DNA of 58,814 bases, filler included, from Bipalium vagum (lineage: Eukaryota): NCBI GenBank assembly GCA_037834085.1. It is 3 parts of 3 records of this genome, joined end to end, with 100 filler letters (N's around TTAATTAATTAA, not from the genome) between each part and the next. Parts side by side here need not be neighbours in the genome. Positions count along the whole stretch, not along the records: positions 1 to 20,837 come from JBBMKC010245571.1; positions 20,938 to 42,684 come from JBBMKC010232614.1; 1 more part is not named here. One strand, 5' to 3'. The notes beneath the pieces were generated by a model that had not been told where the DNA came from, made no database searches, and worked only from the letters and a program-made list of their open reading frames with translations. Each line of letters opens with the position of its first letter. The first letter of the stretch is position 1. Both the position numbers and the translations under genes were made by a program. This document shows, piece after piece, positions 11,352-24,028 of the stretch.

Positions 11352-13129
11352 GTTTTTATAATTATAATTATAATTTAATTTTTTAAAATGATTGTGTACT
11401 ACTTATTAATTTTATGATATATAATAATATCATATGGATTTTAAATATTTAATAAACTAATATTTAAAGCTATAAAACGCTAAATAGTTCTTAAATTTAG
11501 ACCATAGCTTTTAAAAGATTTTAAATATATATATTTAATTTTATTCATTTTATAAAAAGTTTAGATCGTTGCAACTCATTCTCATAAAACCTTCCTAATA
11601 TTTTTTTATCTATAATTCCATATACTATAGGATTTGTAAAATAGATTTCATTTATAATAAATTTTTCCTCAGTCCATTTTAATGTATATCCATTTTTAAA
11701 TTTATTTTTATATTTAAAATTCTTACATGATCTCTAATATGATAGTTAGGTTTGAGTTTTAAACTTAAATCTGAAATATTTTCATCAGTTTTTATTTTTA
11801 ATTTTTCTGGATTTTTATTCGCTTCATTAGGATAAATACCAATTGAACTATTAATTTTATTGTTATAAATATTTATTAAATTTGGTTATAAGTTTAACCA
11901 TTTTCTATTTCCTTTTTCTGTAATTTTTTAAGCATCATATTCTTTAAAGTTTCTCTGTTGCAAATTTATGTAAAAATTTATTATTTGTAATAGCTGATTG
12001 AAATTTGACATTAATACCTGTTTTAATAAGAAAAATGGGATATATTTATTTTTTCAATATTAATTTCTTTTAGTACCTTTTTCATTAGTACTTTTATTAG
12101 CACTTTTTTGAAAATTTATTTTTATATTTAAATGTTTACTCTTAATATACTTTGAAATTTTTTTTTACAAACTTCACAAAAATATGATTCAGTCATTTAT
12201 TTAAAATAGAAAATAAAGATAAAAAATTTACAATAATACTATAAGCAGCGTAGGAAGCATGTACCAAAATAGTTTACGGTGTGAAACTCTAAAAATCAAT
12301 GTTACTATTATTAATAGACGTAGTAACGTGTGCTCGTGTGCTCGTGACTCCTCACTTTTTAAAAATCGTTGTGTCCATAGCTCCTCTCAACCTTTTCGAA
12401 TGAAAACATCCACCACAATACCGAATCCGCACCCTTAAGAACTGAAACAAGACGTCCACAATTAAACTTTATTGATGAAAAAAACACAATGCCTATTATA
12501 CTGATCACCACTATAAGTCTCTAATAAGTCCAATTACTGAAAATGTCATCAAATAAAGAAAACAAATAATGATAAAAATAAACATAACTACTGCTATAAT
12601 GAAAGAGATGAAAGAAATGATCACGAAAGAGTTTTCAAAAAATAACAGAAAAATAAATGAATCAATCAAGACGATCTCACCAAGAGCAACAAGGGGTCCC
12701 CGGGTCGCCCTTTAGGTTCTTCTCAGATTGCTAGGTCCCCTTGAGAATCCTCTTGCGAAATCATATCCACTTGAAAGTACCTTGAGATTCTGTATTCAGC
12801 ACGTAGTCGTTCCCCTGAATTGTCGTTTCCTGTGTCGTATTCTCTGTTAGCGTACTGTCCCTTGTTTTTCCTTTTTCTTTTTTTTGTCTTTTCTGTTGAG
12901 CGCTGGCCATTAACTATCTGTCAGGAAATCCATTAGCCCAATCCTGGAAAAATCCCCACGGCGGGATTTTGTCATAATAAAAATGACGAAAAATTTTTAA
13001 AAATATATTTATTAACAAAAATTTCTTATTATTTTTAATATTATTATAATTACTATTATTATTATCATAATTATTATTGCTCCAAAACCCAACACATACA
13101 CCTTGTGGTCTTGGTTGCAACCCTCCATT

Positions 13130-13655
13130 TATACACTACTGGTGTACATAAAATTTATTTTGGTAATTTCCCTATTACTAACTGCAAAAAAATCATTTAC
13201 TGAGTTCGTATAGTACAAATCAACGGTTGGTTGTAATCTGTTGTGATCAATTAACAAAACTAAAGAAAACGATTGAAAAACCCATAAGTAGTTAAGCAGA
13301 AAGATCATTGTGTTGCAGCAAATTAATGTCCATCCACTCATATCTTTGAAGTGCCAGAAAAGATCAAACAAGTTTAGCTGAGAAATAATGATGAATTCAC
13401 CGCGCAACCCGGATCTAGCTGTTTCAGATTATCATTTATTTAGATTCCTACAGAACTCTCTCAATTGGCTGCATTTCAATTCCATGTAGAAAAGTAAAAA
13501 TAGCAATAATATTTCGATAAAAAAAATTTCAGTGCTGTATTATTGACTGGCAAAAAATTATCGGCGTAGAACACTGTTTAAATAAACAGTTTTATTCTGC
13601 GTTTCGATTCAATTTCAATGTTGTTATAAAATACGAAAAAACGTTTCCCAACCAA
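13130..13655 (+). mobile_element. mariner remnant (3' part)
   Basis: NSPRNPDLAVSDYHLFRFLQNSL (mariner YSPDLAPSDYHLF) and a TIR-like end ...TTTCCCAACCAA|TA. Confidence 0.75.
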
Positions 13656-14209
13656 TATTTTATTTAATGACATGCAAGACTATTTATTGGACCATTATTT
13701 TTCACCAAACATCTATGACAATAAATAAATAATATTATTAACAATAATAAAAATAATAACAGATCATAGGTCAGCGCACCTTCAGCAGCTCACGGTCCGG
13801 TAACAACCGCCAGCGCTTTGTCTATATAACAACATTTCTAAACAAACAAAGTTCACCGTTACCATTGTCAACAATGTGACGTTTTCTTCTGTTGTTTTGA
13901 GAAAATCAATAACTTCCCGATTTTTTAATAATATTTAATTGTCAAAATTTCTTTATTGTCTGTTTAAAAGTCTGTAAATATTATCATCCGGCTTATCTGT
14001 CGCTCAGTTTGGGCAGGTCTGAAAAATTCCATGACGACGCCATGTCCGATTCTAAGGAAATATTGGTAAATTGGGAAGGTCTATCAGAAAAATAATAATA
14101 AAAATAATTAAATTAAAATATTACATTTCAAAGCTTTTAATACAGAAAAAAAAACTTTTCAAATATTATTAATAAACTCATTCATCTCATGAGCTAAAAA
14201 AAGCTCCAC

Positions 14210-14310
14210 TGATAAACCAATGAAATTTGTTTGTATTGTTTACATCGGGAGCCAATGAAAATCGAGAATTTGAAAATGAGACAGTTGATGTTTTCTGTTA
14301 CCGAGAATTA
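14210..14310 (+). promoter_or_regulatory. Candidate proximal promoter of the HAD-like gene
   Basis: Two CCAATGAAA boxes (14217, 14252), forkhead core TGTTTAC (14237-14243), TTTGAA (14269) and GTTACC half X-box (~14297), 120-200 bp upstream of the ATG. Confidence 0.4.
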
Positions 14311-14415
14311 TTAAAACAAACCAGTTCTGCCAACTAACTTCAGTTTCGTCGAATTGGAAATTATCCAAACCCAAGTTCTTTGATCTGATCTCTGCGCCTG
14401 TTCTTTCATCAGTCT

Positions 14416-14545
14416 ATGGACAAGAAAACGAACAACAAGTTAATTCTGCACTTCGATGGTCGCAACACAGTGTTCGTATCGGATTTCAATCAACGTTTGT
14501 CAACGGAGAATGCGCTGAACTCGTACATTTCTGGATTGGCATGGG
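14416..14545 (+). CDS. Exon 1 of uncharacterised HAD-superfamily-like protein (joins exon 18519-19468)
   Basis: MDKKTNNKLILHFDGRNTVFVSDFNQRLSTENALNSYISGLAW-G; hhhhD HAD motif-I-like strand; canonical G|GTAAG phase-1 donor matching the phase of the 18519 acceptor. Confidence 0.85.
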
Positions 14546-15698
14546 GTAAGATTTTGTTGTTCATTTATTGATGGGTTAAAGGTTTTTCGATGTAACATGG
14601 AGTTTTACAATTAATTTTCATTAATCAATGACAATTTGCACACTTGTCAACTGTATGTAGCAGATATTTTTATTTATTGCTACATATGTCGGCATGGTAA
14701 TTTGGAAATGGTGAACTTATTGATTAATAAAATCGATTTTTGACGAGTACTTAAAAGTTTGGTTGCTTGGGGACGGATGTTTTTCTGTTGACATTGTTAT
14801 TTTTATCTTAACAGCCAGAGTGGTATGTTTAATTGATTTTGTTACCTTTTGTACTATATCAGTCAAGGAAAGCAACGTAGCTTGGTGATTACAAAGATGG
14901 TCAGAACAGCCGTGTCAAAACTATGAAAATAAATGTATTTGTCTCTGGGCCCATTGTCATTTTCTCTTATCGTTTTGCAGTCTCTATCAATATCTCCACA
15001 AGTTCTGTTCAAATGAACAAAGTCTTCACAGGTACCCTTTCCTTCCATATCCAATAGATGACAGGTGCAGAATATTTTAGTTCAAATTTGTTGAGTTTCA
15101 GTGGCTGGTTTGTAGCTTCATTGACGGATTGTGAGATGTGCGTAAATAATAATATTAATAATTAGTTAAAATTAAGGTACCTTAAATCGCTGTCAATGGT
15201 GACAAAGTTATCTGTATTGATATTTATATTAACCAAGTTCACCAAGACGTGACACTTAATCTGTTTTATTGAAAAGTTTTTAAAAAGACTTAGTTATGAA
15301 AGGGACACAATCATTGTGAATTCGTTTAATGACCTGTCCAGAAAAATTAACAAATTTCCACTTCAAATTCTGTCTCAACTTTGTTTAAAAAATTACAGTT
15401 CATAAAAAACCGTTACCAGCAGCTGGTGGTCCCCCTAAAGATCGCTCGTCATGAATAGACGCGCCTCCAGAACGAAATCTTTGGTACCAACACTGACCAT
15501 CTCATTTACTAACTGAATTTTCGCCCCACGCTTGGAAAATATTTCCTGCAGCCTCTGATTCATTTCTCCCTAATTTCAATTCATATAATCGACATGTTCA
15601 AATTTGCGCCGTTGTCATTGTGTCTTATGTCGAGTTTTAGATTATTCAAACAAACCTAAACTGATAAAATAAAGATTTATTCTAACCCTATCCTAATA

Positions 15699-16973
15699 TC
15701 AGGTAAAGAAAAAAAGTTTTTTCATTTGTTTAAAATTGTTAGCCACTGGGATTCTCATTTATCTACCGATTTAAATTTTCTTTGTTTTAGTTTGCCGCTT
15801 AAACACGTGAGTATCAAATTTACTATATAATTAATGTTATTAACCATTATCCTTTGGAATAAGTGCTCCGAAAGTCTGCTGGACAAATCACAAATTCGAG
15901 CAATTATTTATTACGAATGGAAAAATAACAAAAGCACAAATGAAACTGTCTCAAAACTTAACGAGGTGCTTGTTGAAGAAACAATGCAACTGCGAACAGT
16001 GCAAAATTGGTTCAAAAAATTCAATAGTGGCGATTTTTCATTGGAAGACAAAGAGAGGCCTGGAAGGCCAAAAGAGTTGGAGGATTATCAAATTATGGAC
16101 CTTCTTGAACAAAACAAATCAATTAGTGCTAAACAAATCGCTTCTGAGTTAAATATAAGCGACACAGCCATAAAAAAAAACCGATTGAAAGCGTTAGGAT
16201 TCTCTTGTGAACTCGACAAATGGGTTCCCCACCAATTAGCTGAAAAAAAAACAAGTTGGATCGCATTGAAATTTGATCAAGACTTCTCGAAAGAAACCGA
16301 AATGATCCTTTTTTCGACCGGATAGTCACTTGCAATGGATCTATCTTGACAACATAACCATAAAAAGAGATCCTCCGCAAAAAATTGAAAAACACAACCT
16401 TGCTCGAAACAAGGTTATTTTATGCATTTGGAAGGATTCTCGTGGAATTATTTATCAGGAGTTTCTCAAATCTGGGGAAACCATTAATTCTGATGTCTAC
16501 TGTGACATGCTAAGAAAAAGTTCATGCCATTATGAAGGAAAACCGGAGAAGTTTGATAAACCGAAAACAAATGATTTTCCACCAAAATAATGCCAAGCCT
16601 CACAAATCAATGAAGACATTGAAGGTTATTCAGGAATTGAACTGGACTCTAATGGAACATCCGCCATATAGTCCCGATATCGCCCCATCCGATTTTTATT
16701 TATTCCGGGTATTACAGAATCTCTTTATGGGTAAAAATTGTAAGAGTTCCGATGGTATAAAGAATGAAATACTTTCTTTCATTCAAAAGGTCGAGATTTC
16801 TTTAATACTGGGATCAATAGACTTCAGAGTAGATGGGAGGCAGTAATAGAAAAAGATTGGGAATATCTGAATAATTAACTGGTTAATAATGTTTTATTAA
16901 ATTTTATTAAATTTAAATTCAGTCTTAGTTTAGTTTTTAATTAAAAAACGAAAAAACTTAGTTCGTTACCTGA
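15699..16973 (+). mobile_element. Full-length (1275 bp) but frameshifted mariner inside the HAD-like gene intron
   Basis: TA-flanked TIRs TCAGGTAAAGAAAAAAAGTTTTTTC / rc TCAGGTAACGAACTAAGTTTTTTC; HTH TVQNWFKKFNSGDFSLED..RPGRP; WVPHQL; HPPYSPDIAPSDFYLF; transposase split over three ORFs. Confidence 0.95.
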
Positions 16974-18199
16974 TATTATTATAAATCAATAATTTTAAAA
17001 ATATCAATCGAAATCCTAATATATTTCCCTTTGAAGTTTGTATATAGAAAATCGATAATACTTTCTCCAACCAAATATTGACAGATGAGTGTATTAATAA
17101 AGGAAACTCAGTTGTGATATTGTACCCAAGCCTTTCATGGTTTATTAAAATTAAATGAGATTTTGATCGATCCGCAATACGTGAATAAGGTTCTGAATTT
17201 TGTAATTGAAAATCGATTATTTTATCAAATTTTTTATTAACCCTTTCATAAATAATTGAACATTAGTAACTAGGGATTTGAATAGGACTTTGTTACTTTC
17301 GTCATTGATATCACAGGTGACGGACTTGACTGGATTTTTCCACCTTGTAAAGATGCTTGATCCGAACTACATGTCTGTAAGGTGAGTGTGGAGGCCTCTT
17401 TCTGAAACCTTTCCACCCTTCTTTTTAACGTACTGCTTATTTTTGTTTCAGAAATTAAAAACCAACTTTTGTCACCTTTAAAATATTAAGCGACCAAATA
17501 TTACAATTTTCACCAATCATTTTGTCGAGAGTGAAACAATAAATATAGATTAACAATATATCACTGCAAATTGGTTTTGCTGTACATCATTTGGGACAAG
17601 TGAAAAGACTTTGTTAAGTTAGCCCTTTCCATTTTCATGTCTCCTTTCCATGGAGTGTTTTAGAGATTGAGTATGAATACCCAAGATGTAGGTACCCTTA
17701 GATGTAATTAAATATGAGAAAATACGCCGCTGTGATTGGTAAAATTCTTTCTTAAAGAGGACTCTGCATTGTGAATTCTTTAAAGGAATTCCTTTATTTT
17801 CGTTCTCATACTTTTTCGATGAGATTCCTTAAAATTTTCAAAGCTCAAACTCAAAAAAACCAGGCGGTCCTTGAAGTGAAAAGGAAGTCGTGACATTTGA
17901 CAGGACGACTTTCAAACATTAATTGTTTAAATTGTCCAATACGGATTACGAGGAATATTTGAGAAAGTTGACTGAAAACTTTGCTTAAGTCTAAACCCTA
18001 TATTCCGCATCACTAAAATCAGATCCTTGTTTACGAACAATGATGAGTGTCCCTCCTAAGTGATCGGATACTTTTCATTAATTCTCCGTTTAAAATGTTT
18101 AAAATAAGTAACAAAGTAATTTTTATTTAGACTGAATTCCTTTAATACATGACAATCATGAGTGTTTTCATTGACCGTTTTCAGGATTATTATGATTAT

Positions 18200-18303
18200 A
18201 ATTAATACAACTACTATTTTTATTGTTATTATTGATTATCACAATTTTTTGTAATTATCATAATTTGATTTTTATTTTAGTATTATTTTTATTATTATTT
18301 TCA

Positions 18304-18362
<59 letters not shown>

Positions 18363-18490
18363 TTCATTATTATTTTTCTTGTTATTATCGATCAGTATTA
18401 TTGATTATTATAATTTATTAACAATTATTATAATTTTCATTATTATTTTTATTATTATTATTGTTATCATTTCTATTATTTGATTATTAT
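18200..18490. repeat. (TAT)n microsatellite and flanking AT-rich tract at the intron 3' end
   Basis: Pure (TAT)n run at about 18307-18362 within degenerate repeats. Confidence 0.9.
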
Positions 18491-18518
18491 AGCTTCAATT
18501 TTTAATATTTAATTATAG

Positions 18519-19468
18519 GAAAATTGGTTGACGATGTTTGGCAAATTGAACATGACACCCTTTCCACGAACCGTCCGGACCCATCTTTGATTTCCTTTTA
18601 CAAATATATGGAAGAAAAAATCGTAAAAATTCCCGACGATCGCCCTCGGCTTCGGGAAAAATTGGGAAAATTTACCGAAGAGCGTGGAGCTCAATTCAGA
18701 CAGGTATTTCTTAGGTATTTGGAAAAGTTGGAGTGGAAGTACGATTATCATGAAAAGTTTACTGTGTCCAACAAAGACGGCAAGGGTTACCACTATATAT
18801 TACCAATGTTTTTCAACACCATTAAACTTCTCTGTCACAACAACAGGCAATTCGCCATTATCATTCGTACATACGGCCTTGACAGTGTACCCATGCTCAA
18901 TTCCATAGAAGCCTTTCTCAACGGGGAGCACCCTATGTTTCCCGAAAAACTCAATATTCCAGTACACAGCCGTGTGAACATTTTATCAAAAGACACGGAT
19001 AAAAACGAATATGTTTATGAGTTCAAGGTCCACAATGAAGGGGAGGTCTGTCAAACGACCAGTGAACGGGACATTTATGAACACTGGAATTCAATAAGTG
19101 GTGTTGCGGCCGTTAAAGACGATTATTTATTTTGGATGAAGAACAATTATCAGTACAGTGCTTCGAAGCCTCTGTGGATCAATTACAAATCGAAGATGTC
19201 AGACAGAGCGATCCATCATATTTTCTTCGACGACTGTATTAGCCGAGTAGATCGCAACAGTATCGTTCATCTGCGTCGGTTCGACTCTGATTGTGCCTTG
19301 ACAGACCTACCTTCCTCCCAAAGCTTGATTTTAGATCCTTCTGAAACCAACAAGTACATTGATGTGCACTTAGTACCAACAAACCTACTGGACTGTATTG
19401 ATAACGAGAATTATTTTATGGAGAAGATTAGACTTTGTGAGAAGAATTTTGAGAATATTTATTTTTGA
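18519..19468 (+). CDS. Exon 2 (terminal) of uncharacterised HAD-superfamily-like protein; spliced product 359 aa
   Basis: AG acceptor at 18517-18518; G+GA=Gly restores the frame into KLVDDVW...; 950 nt open; motif-II-like FAIIIRTYG and motif-IV-like HHIFFDD; 130+950=1080 nt including stop. Confidence 0.88.
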
Positions 19469-20176
19469 TGATTTTCATTAAATTGATTTTCCTATTTTCA
19501 TTTCTCTTTCAAGTACAAATGGTAATTTCTTTGCACCCTTTGGGTAATTGTAGCTTGCTTTTCCAGTCAAGGCTGAAGGCTTTATTAATCAAATCCCAAA
19601 CAAGGTAAGGTGATAACATGAACAGACCGAATTGCTTCCTTAAATATACGACTTAACCTGGCTATTTAAGTTAAATATTGAATCATCGGAAGAGTACATT
19701 TTATAGGTAGCCATGCTTATTGACAAGTAATCTTTCATTTCCTTACAAAATGAAATTTTTGCAATGTGATCATATTCTGATAACTGTTGAAATAGGAAAT
19801 AATGATATACTCTAATGCCGATTTTTTATCTCAAGACTCCTCTTATTGTTGAATATGGTATCTGATAGATATTTTTGGATGTTCTTCATTCAAAGTTTTA
19901 ACTGAATACAATTTTTGGTTGTCATAAGGTGATCTTCCACTTCTAGGCTTGTCCAGTACTGAATATATTTTCAAAAAAATCGTATGGCGTCAGTCCTTGG
20001 AGGTGTACTTTTCATAACCGATTTCCATTGGCACCGCACTCTCTTTACGGAACCGAATTTCACCTGCCATAAATTGATTTGAACCCTTTCGTCCAATATC
20101 AACATTATTGAAAATTATCAAGTAATAAAACTAAAATAATTGATAATTCTTGGAATAATTAATATACATAATACTA

Positions 20177-20730
20177 TTAGATGTAGGCATGAGTGTTAAA
20201 CCATTTTTTCTCGTTGTTTTACTAATCCAAATATTATCAAATGACTGCCGCGAAATATTACATTGGTAATCAATATATTAAATTTTATAAATATATTAAT
20301 TTTATACTTAAATTATTTTAAAAACACTAAAATATAAATCTTCAAAATGAGTGATGACAAATCTTATGTTCGGTGTTGCATGAGATATGAATTTGATTAA
20401 GGCAAAAATGCATCATAGGCATTTAAATCAATATGTTCCGTTCTTGGTAATAATATCGTTTCCCGCAGTACATATAAATGCTGATATCGTCGATTCAAAG
20501 AAATCTTGATGTTACCGATCGACCACGTAGTGGTGCTGCTGAATGAAAATACAGCCTAGACGCAAGCAGAACTCGCTAAACAACTTGCAGTTGATCAAAG
20601 AACTGTTGGGAGATGGTTACACGACATGGGAAAAATTCATAAGGCTGGAAAGTGGATTCCGCACGAACTTTCCGAAAGCAATATTTTATGCTGATTAACA
20701 ACATGTGCATCTCTTATTGCTAGACAAATA
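20177..20730 (+). mobile_element. mariner remnant (5' part)
   Basis: TA|TTAGATGTAGG terminus; MSDDKSYVRCCMRYEF..; DRPRSG; ELAKQLAVDQRTVGRWLHDMGKIHKAGKWIPHELS; in-frame stops. Confidence 0.85.
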
Positions 20731-20837
20731 AAAAAAATAATGCCGTCCATATGTTTTGGACCACCTCTAAAATTTCGATAAAATGATGAAAATATATAAT
20801 TATAAGTACTTTAATCCTGTCTATATTTAAATATATG

Positions 20838-20937
20838 NNNNNNNNNNNNNNNNNNNNNNNNNNNNNNNNNNNNNNNNNNNNTTAATTAATTAANNNNNNN
20901 NNNNNNNNNNNNNNNNNNNNNNNNNNNNNNNNNNNNN
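20838..20937. other. Artificial scaffold join: 44 N + TTAATTAATTAA + 44 N
   Basis: Exactly 100 bp with a palindromic all-frame-stop linker; identical structure at 42685-42784. Confidence 0.9.
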
Positions 20938-21317
20938 GTTTTTGTGGCTTCCCATGCTCCTTGTCGTTCGTATCATATTGGCCATTTCTAAAACGGCAAA
21001 ACCAATCTTTACATATGGTCATCGAAGCAGCATGTTCTGCATAGGTATCTCGAAGCAAGCGGTACGTTTCCACTGCAGTTTTCTTGATAATAAAGTAATG
21101 TAAAATTACTTCCCGCAAATTTCGTTTATTTGGAATGAATATTGACATTTTGAATAGCTATAATATTTAAATAAGGAATATTAAAACAACTGTTTTGTGA
21201 TATTATTAATTATATGATATTTTTGTTTATAAATTAATTCAATACAATTTAGATATATATGCAAAATAAAGTTTATTTATCATTAAAAAAAAGCCTAAGT
21301 TACAGTTGTACACCTAA
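20938..21317 (-). mobile_element. Mos1-like (mauritiana-subfamily) mariner, 5' end cut by the gap
   Basis: MSIFIPNKRNLREVILHYFIIKKTAVETYRLL...CKDWFCRFRNGQYDTNDKEHGKPQK resembles the Mos1 N-terminus; TIR TA|TTAGGTGTACAA. Confidence 0.85.
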
Positions 21318-21329
21318 TAATTTATTTTA

Positions 21330-21800
21330 GAATGCTGAGTTCTAAAATTGAGGAGCGTGTTATCTTGAAATTCTTGGTCAAAATTTGAGAGAGTATCTCC
21401 ATATGACAAAAGTTTGTGCCAAAATAGTTTCAAAGAATTATTACAACAGAACAAACAGAACGACGCTCAGAAATTTGTGCCACTACGCTGGAGCTTATTG
21501 AAGAAGATCCTGATCTTAAAAAAAGTCATTACTTGTGACGAAACCTGGATCTTTCAATACGATCCAGAAACAAAAAGACAATCCATGCATTGGAAGACGC
21601 CCTCTTCTTCAAGAATCAAGAAAGCACACCAGAGGAATCAAAATTTAAAGCAATGTTGATTGCATTTTTTATATCTGGAGTATCATTTTCACTGAGTTAC
21701 CAGAGATTACCAATTACAAAATAATATTGATAAAGTTGAGACAAAATGTAGACGATTACGCCCAGAATTCCTGTAACATGGTTTCTTTCTATATCGATAC
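21330..21800 (+). mobile_element. mariner remnant (irritans-like), internally deleted
   Basis: KVITCDETWIFQYDPETKRQSMHWKTPSS..KKA. Confidence 0.8.
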
Positions 21801-21834
21801 AATGGTTGGAAAAAATATAAAATATATATAATAT

Positions 21835-22640
21835 TAGCTATAACATTGGTCCAAATTTCTGGTAACTAGTAAATTCCATTGTAAAAGAAATTTTCTTCTT
21901 TAGACAAAACCCATTCATCAAACCAAAATATGATTTCATCATCTTTGCGCTGTTCTGACAGTCCATGTGTCATCGATCTGAATGGATGGAAATCAGGCGG
22001 CGCCAGATCTCGCTAATATGGCGGATGAGGTAAGACTTTCCATTCAAGTTCTTTACACATAACCTTGACTGAATTTGCTACATGAGGTCGACCATTGTCA
22101 TCTAACAGAATAACTTTCCCATGTCTCTTGTCCAATTCTGGTCATTTCTGCTTCAATGCCATGTTCATTTGAATCAATTGTTGTTAATAATGATTGTCGT
22201 TGACCGTTTCACAATTTTTTAATAATTCATAGAAGACGACATCTTTCTGATCTTACCAGGTACCCAACAAAACCTTCCTCAAATGAATATTTTGCTTGGC
22301 AGTAAAAGTTAATGGTTGGTCTGGATCAACCCATGATTTCTTGCGTTTTGAATTATCAAAATGCATCCGTTTTTCATCTCTTATAGCAATACGATGCAGA
22401 AACAATTTTTTCGGTATCTTTCTATTAAAATTTCAATGGTTGTTTTCGTTTTTCCATACTTCTTTAATTCGATTCACGAGGTATCCGTTTTCCTTCAACT
22501 TCAATTTTTCCTATTCCATGTAGTCGATTGAAAATGTCGTGTTTTGAAACACATCAAGTTTGGTAGCGTGTTGTTTTTGAGTTTGCGTATTATTCGTGGC
22601 ATATTCTGCAACTTTAAATTATTTTGGTTGACCTGGAAGT
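21835..22640 (-). mobile_element. mariner remnant (catalytic and C-terminal part)
   Basis: HGKVILLDDNGRPHVA...ELEWKVLPHPPY*RDLAPPDFHPFRSMTHGL...WFDEW. Confidence 0.85.
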
Positions 22641-24028
22641 TCCGGTATTTAAATTGCCTTTTATATCATATAATAGAAATATAAAACAAAACTATGTAAA
22701 ATATTTTGATGCAAATTCTTTATATTCTAGTTCTATGAGAAAATTTTTTATCATCAGGATATATAATAAAATCAAAAATCAAATATGAGAAATCAAATAA
22801 AAATAATTTAAAATATTGGTATATATATCAACTAAAATGATTTTGAAGAGTTTATTTAAAAATATACTAAAAGTTAAAAGACTTTTGTAAAAGCAGAGAA
22901 AGAAGAAAAATAAAGGTGAATTCGGAGACTTCTTTTTAAAGTTATTTAACAATATATTTTACAGAAATCTTTCGAAAATGTAAGAAATAGAAAATATTAT
23001 TTCAGATAAAAAGGTTAATTTCGATATTTACCTTCAAATATATAATTTTAAAAAATGTTATATAATTCTTATTTCAAATTATAGAAATATTATTGGAAAT
23101 AAAATTTAATAATTATTATGGAAAAAGAAAATAATTTTTCATTTTATTAAACAACATAATAATTTTTATTAATTGGTAAATAGATTTTTGAAAGAATGAA
23201 AAGAAAAGAAACAGGATAATAATCGATGTTCATTGAATTTTTTTATTTATTGGATCAAATCTCAATTTCATGATAGAATCAATTTGGAAAATCGAGGATA
23301 TTTTTGGCTTATTTTGGATTATACTATTCCTATTTCTAAATCTAAGTAAATGATAACAGACATTGTAAAATGTTTTAATAGGAAACTGTTAGACATTTAA
23401 GAGCACATTAAAATTATCAAAAGATTTTAAGATTTATTATTGGCAATATATTTTTCAAGAAATTAAAGCGAAATATTATATATTTAAAAATATCAAAAAG
23501 AAATGTTTTTTAATAATTATATAAATTACGAAAAGTCCAAAAAGATTCACTGATTCATTTGATTTTGTTTAATTACTTTATTTATTTCATTAACATTTCA
23601 TTTATATTTTCTTTAATATATAGTTTCCAAAAAAGATAATTGGACACTAAATTCTCTATTTTACTTTGTAAATCTACTTTATTAGAATGATAAATGTATT
23701 TTTCTAATTGTTTTAAAGATTGTAAAATATGACAGAAAATAAAATATTTTTTTAAAATCCAACCCAATGAATTTCTTTATGATTTATATTTTGATAATTT
23801 ATAATTAAAAGTATAGTTGATTTAATATTTTTTGCCTTTAGTTCATTTTTTTTTATAAAATTTTAAAGAAATTCTTTAATTTTCTGGTATATGAATTCAA
23901 TCAGAATAAGTTCTTTATTAATACAGTATTTGCAGAAATATTTTAATAAATTTAAATTATTCTTTTTATTATTTATTACCTTTATTAAGAAATTGAAATT
24001 GAATCATTTTTTCATAAGTTACAAAATA

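Noticed and set aside
13960-14085. Exon-like minus-strand segment head-to-head with the HAD-like gene
   Set aside because: All frames close within 40 codons; no homology recognised.
18223-18483. 86-aa poly-Leu ORF
   Set aside because: Translation of the (TAT)n microsatellite.
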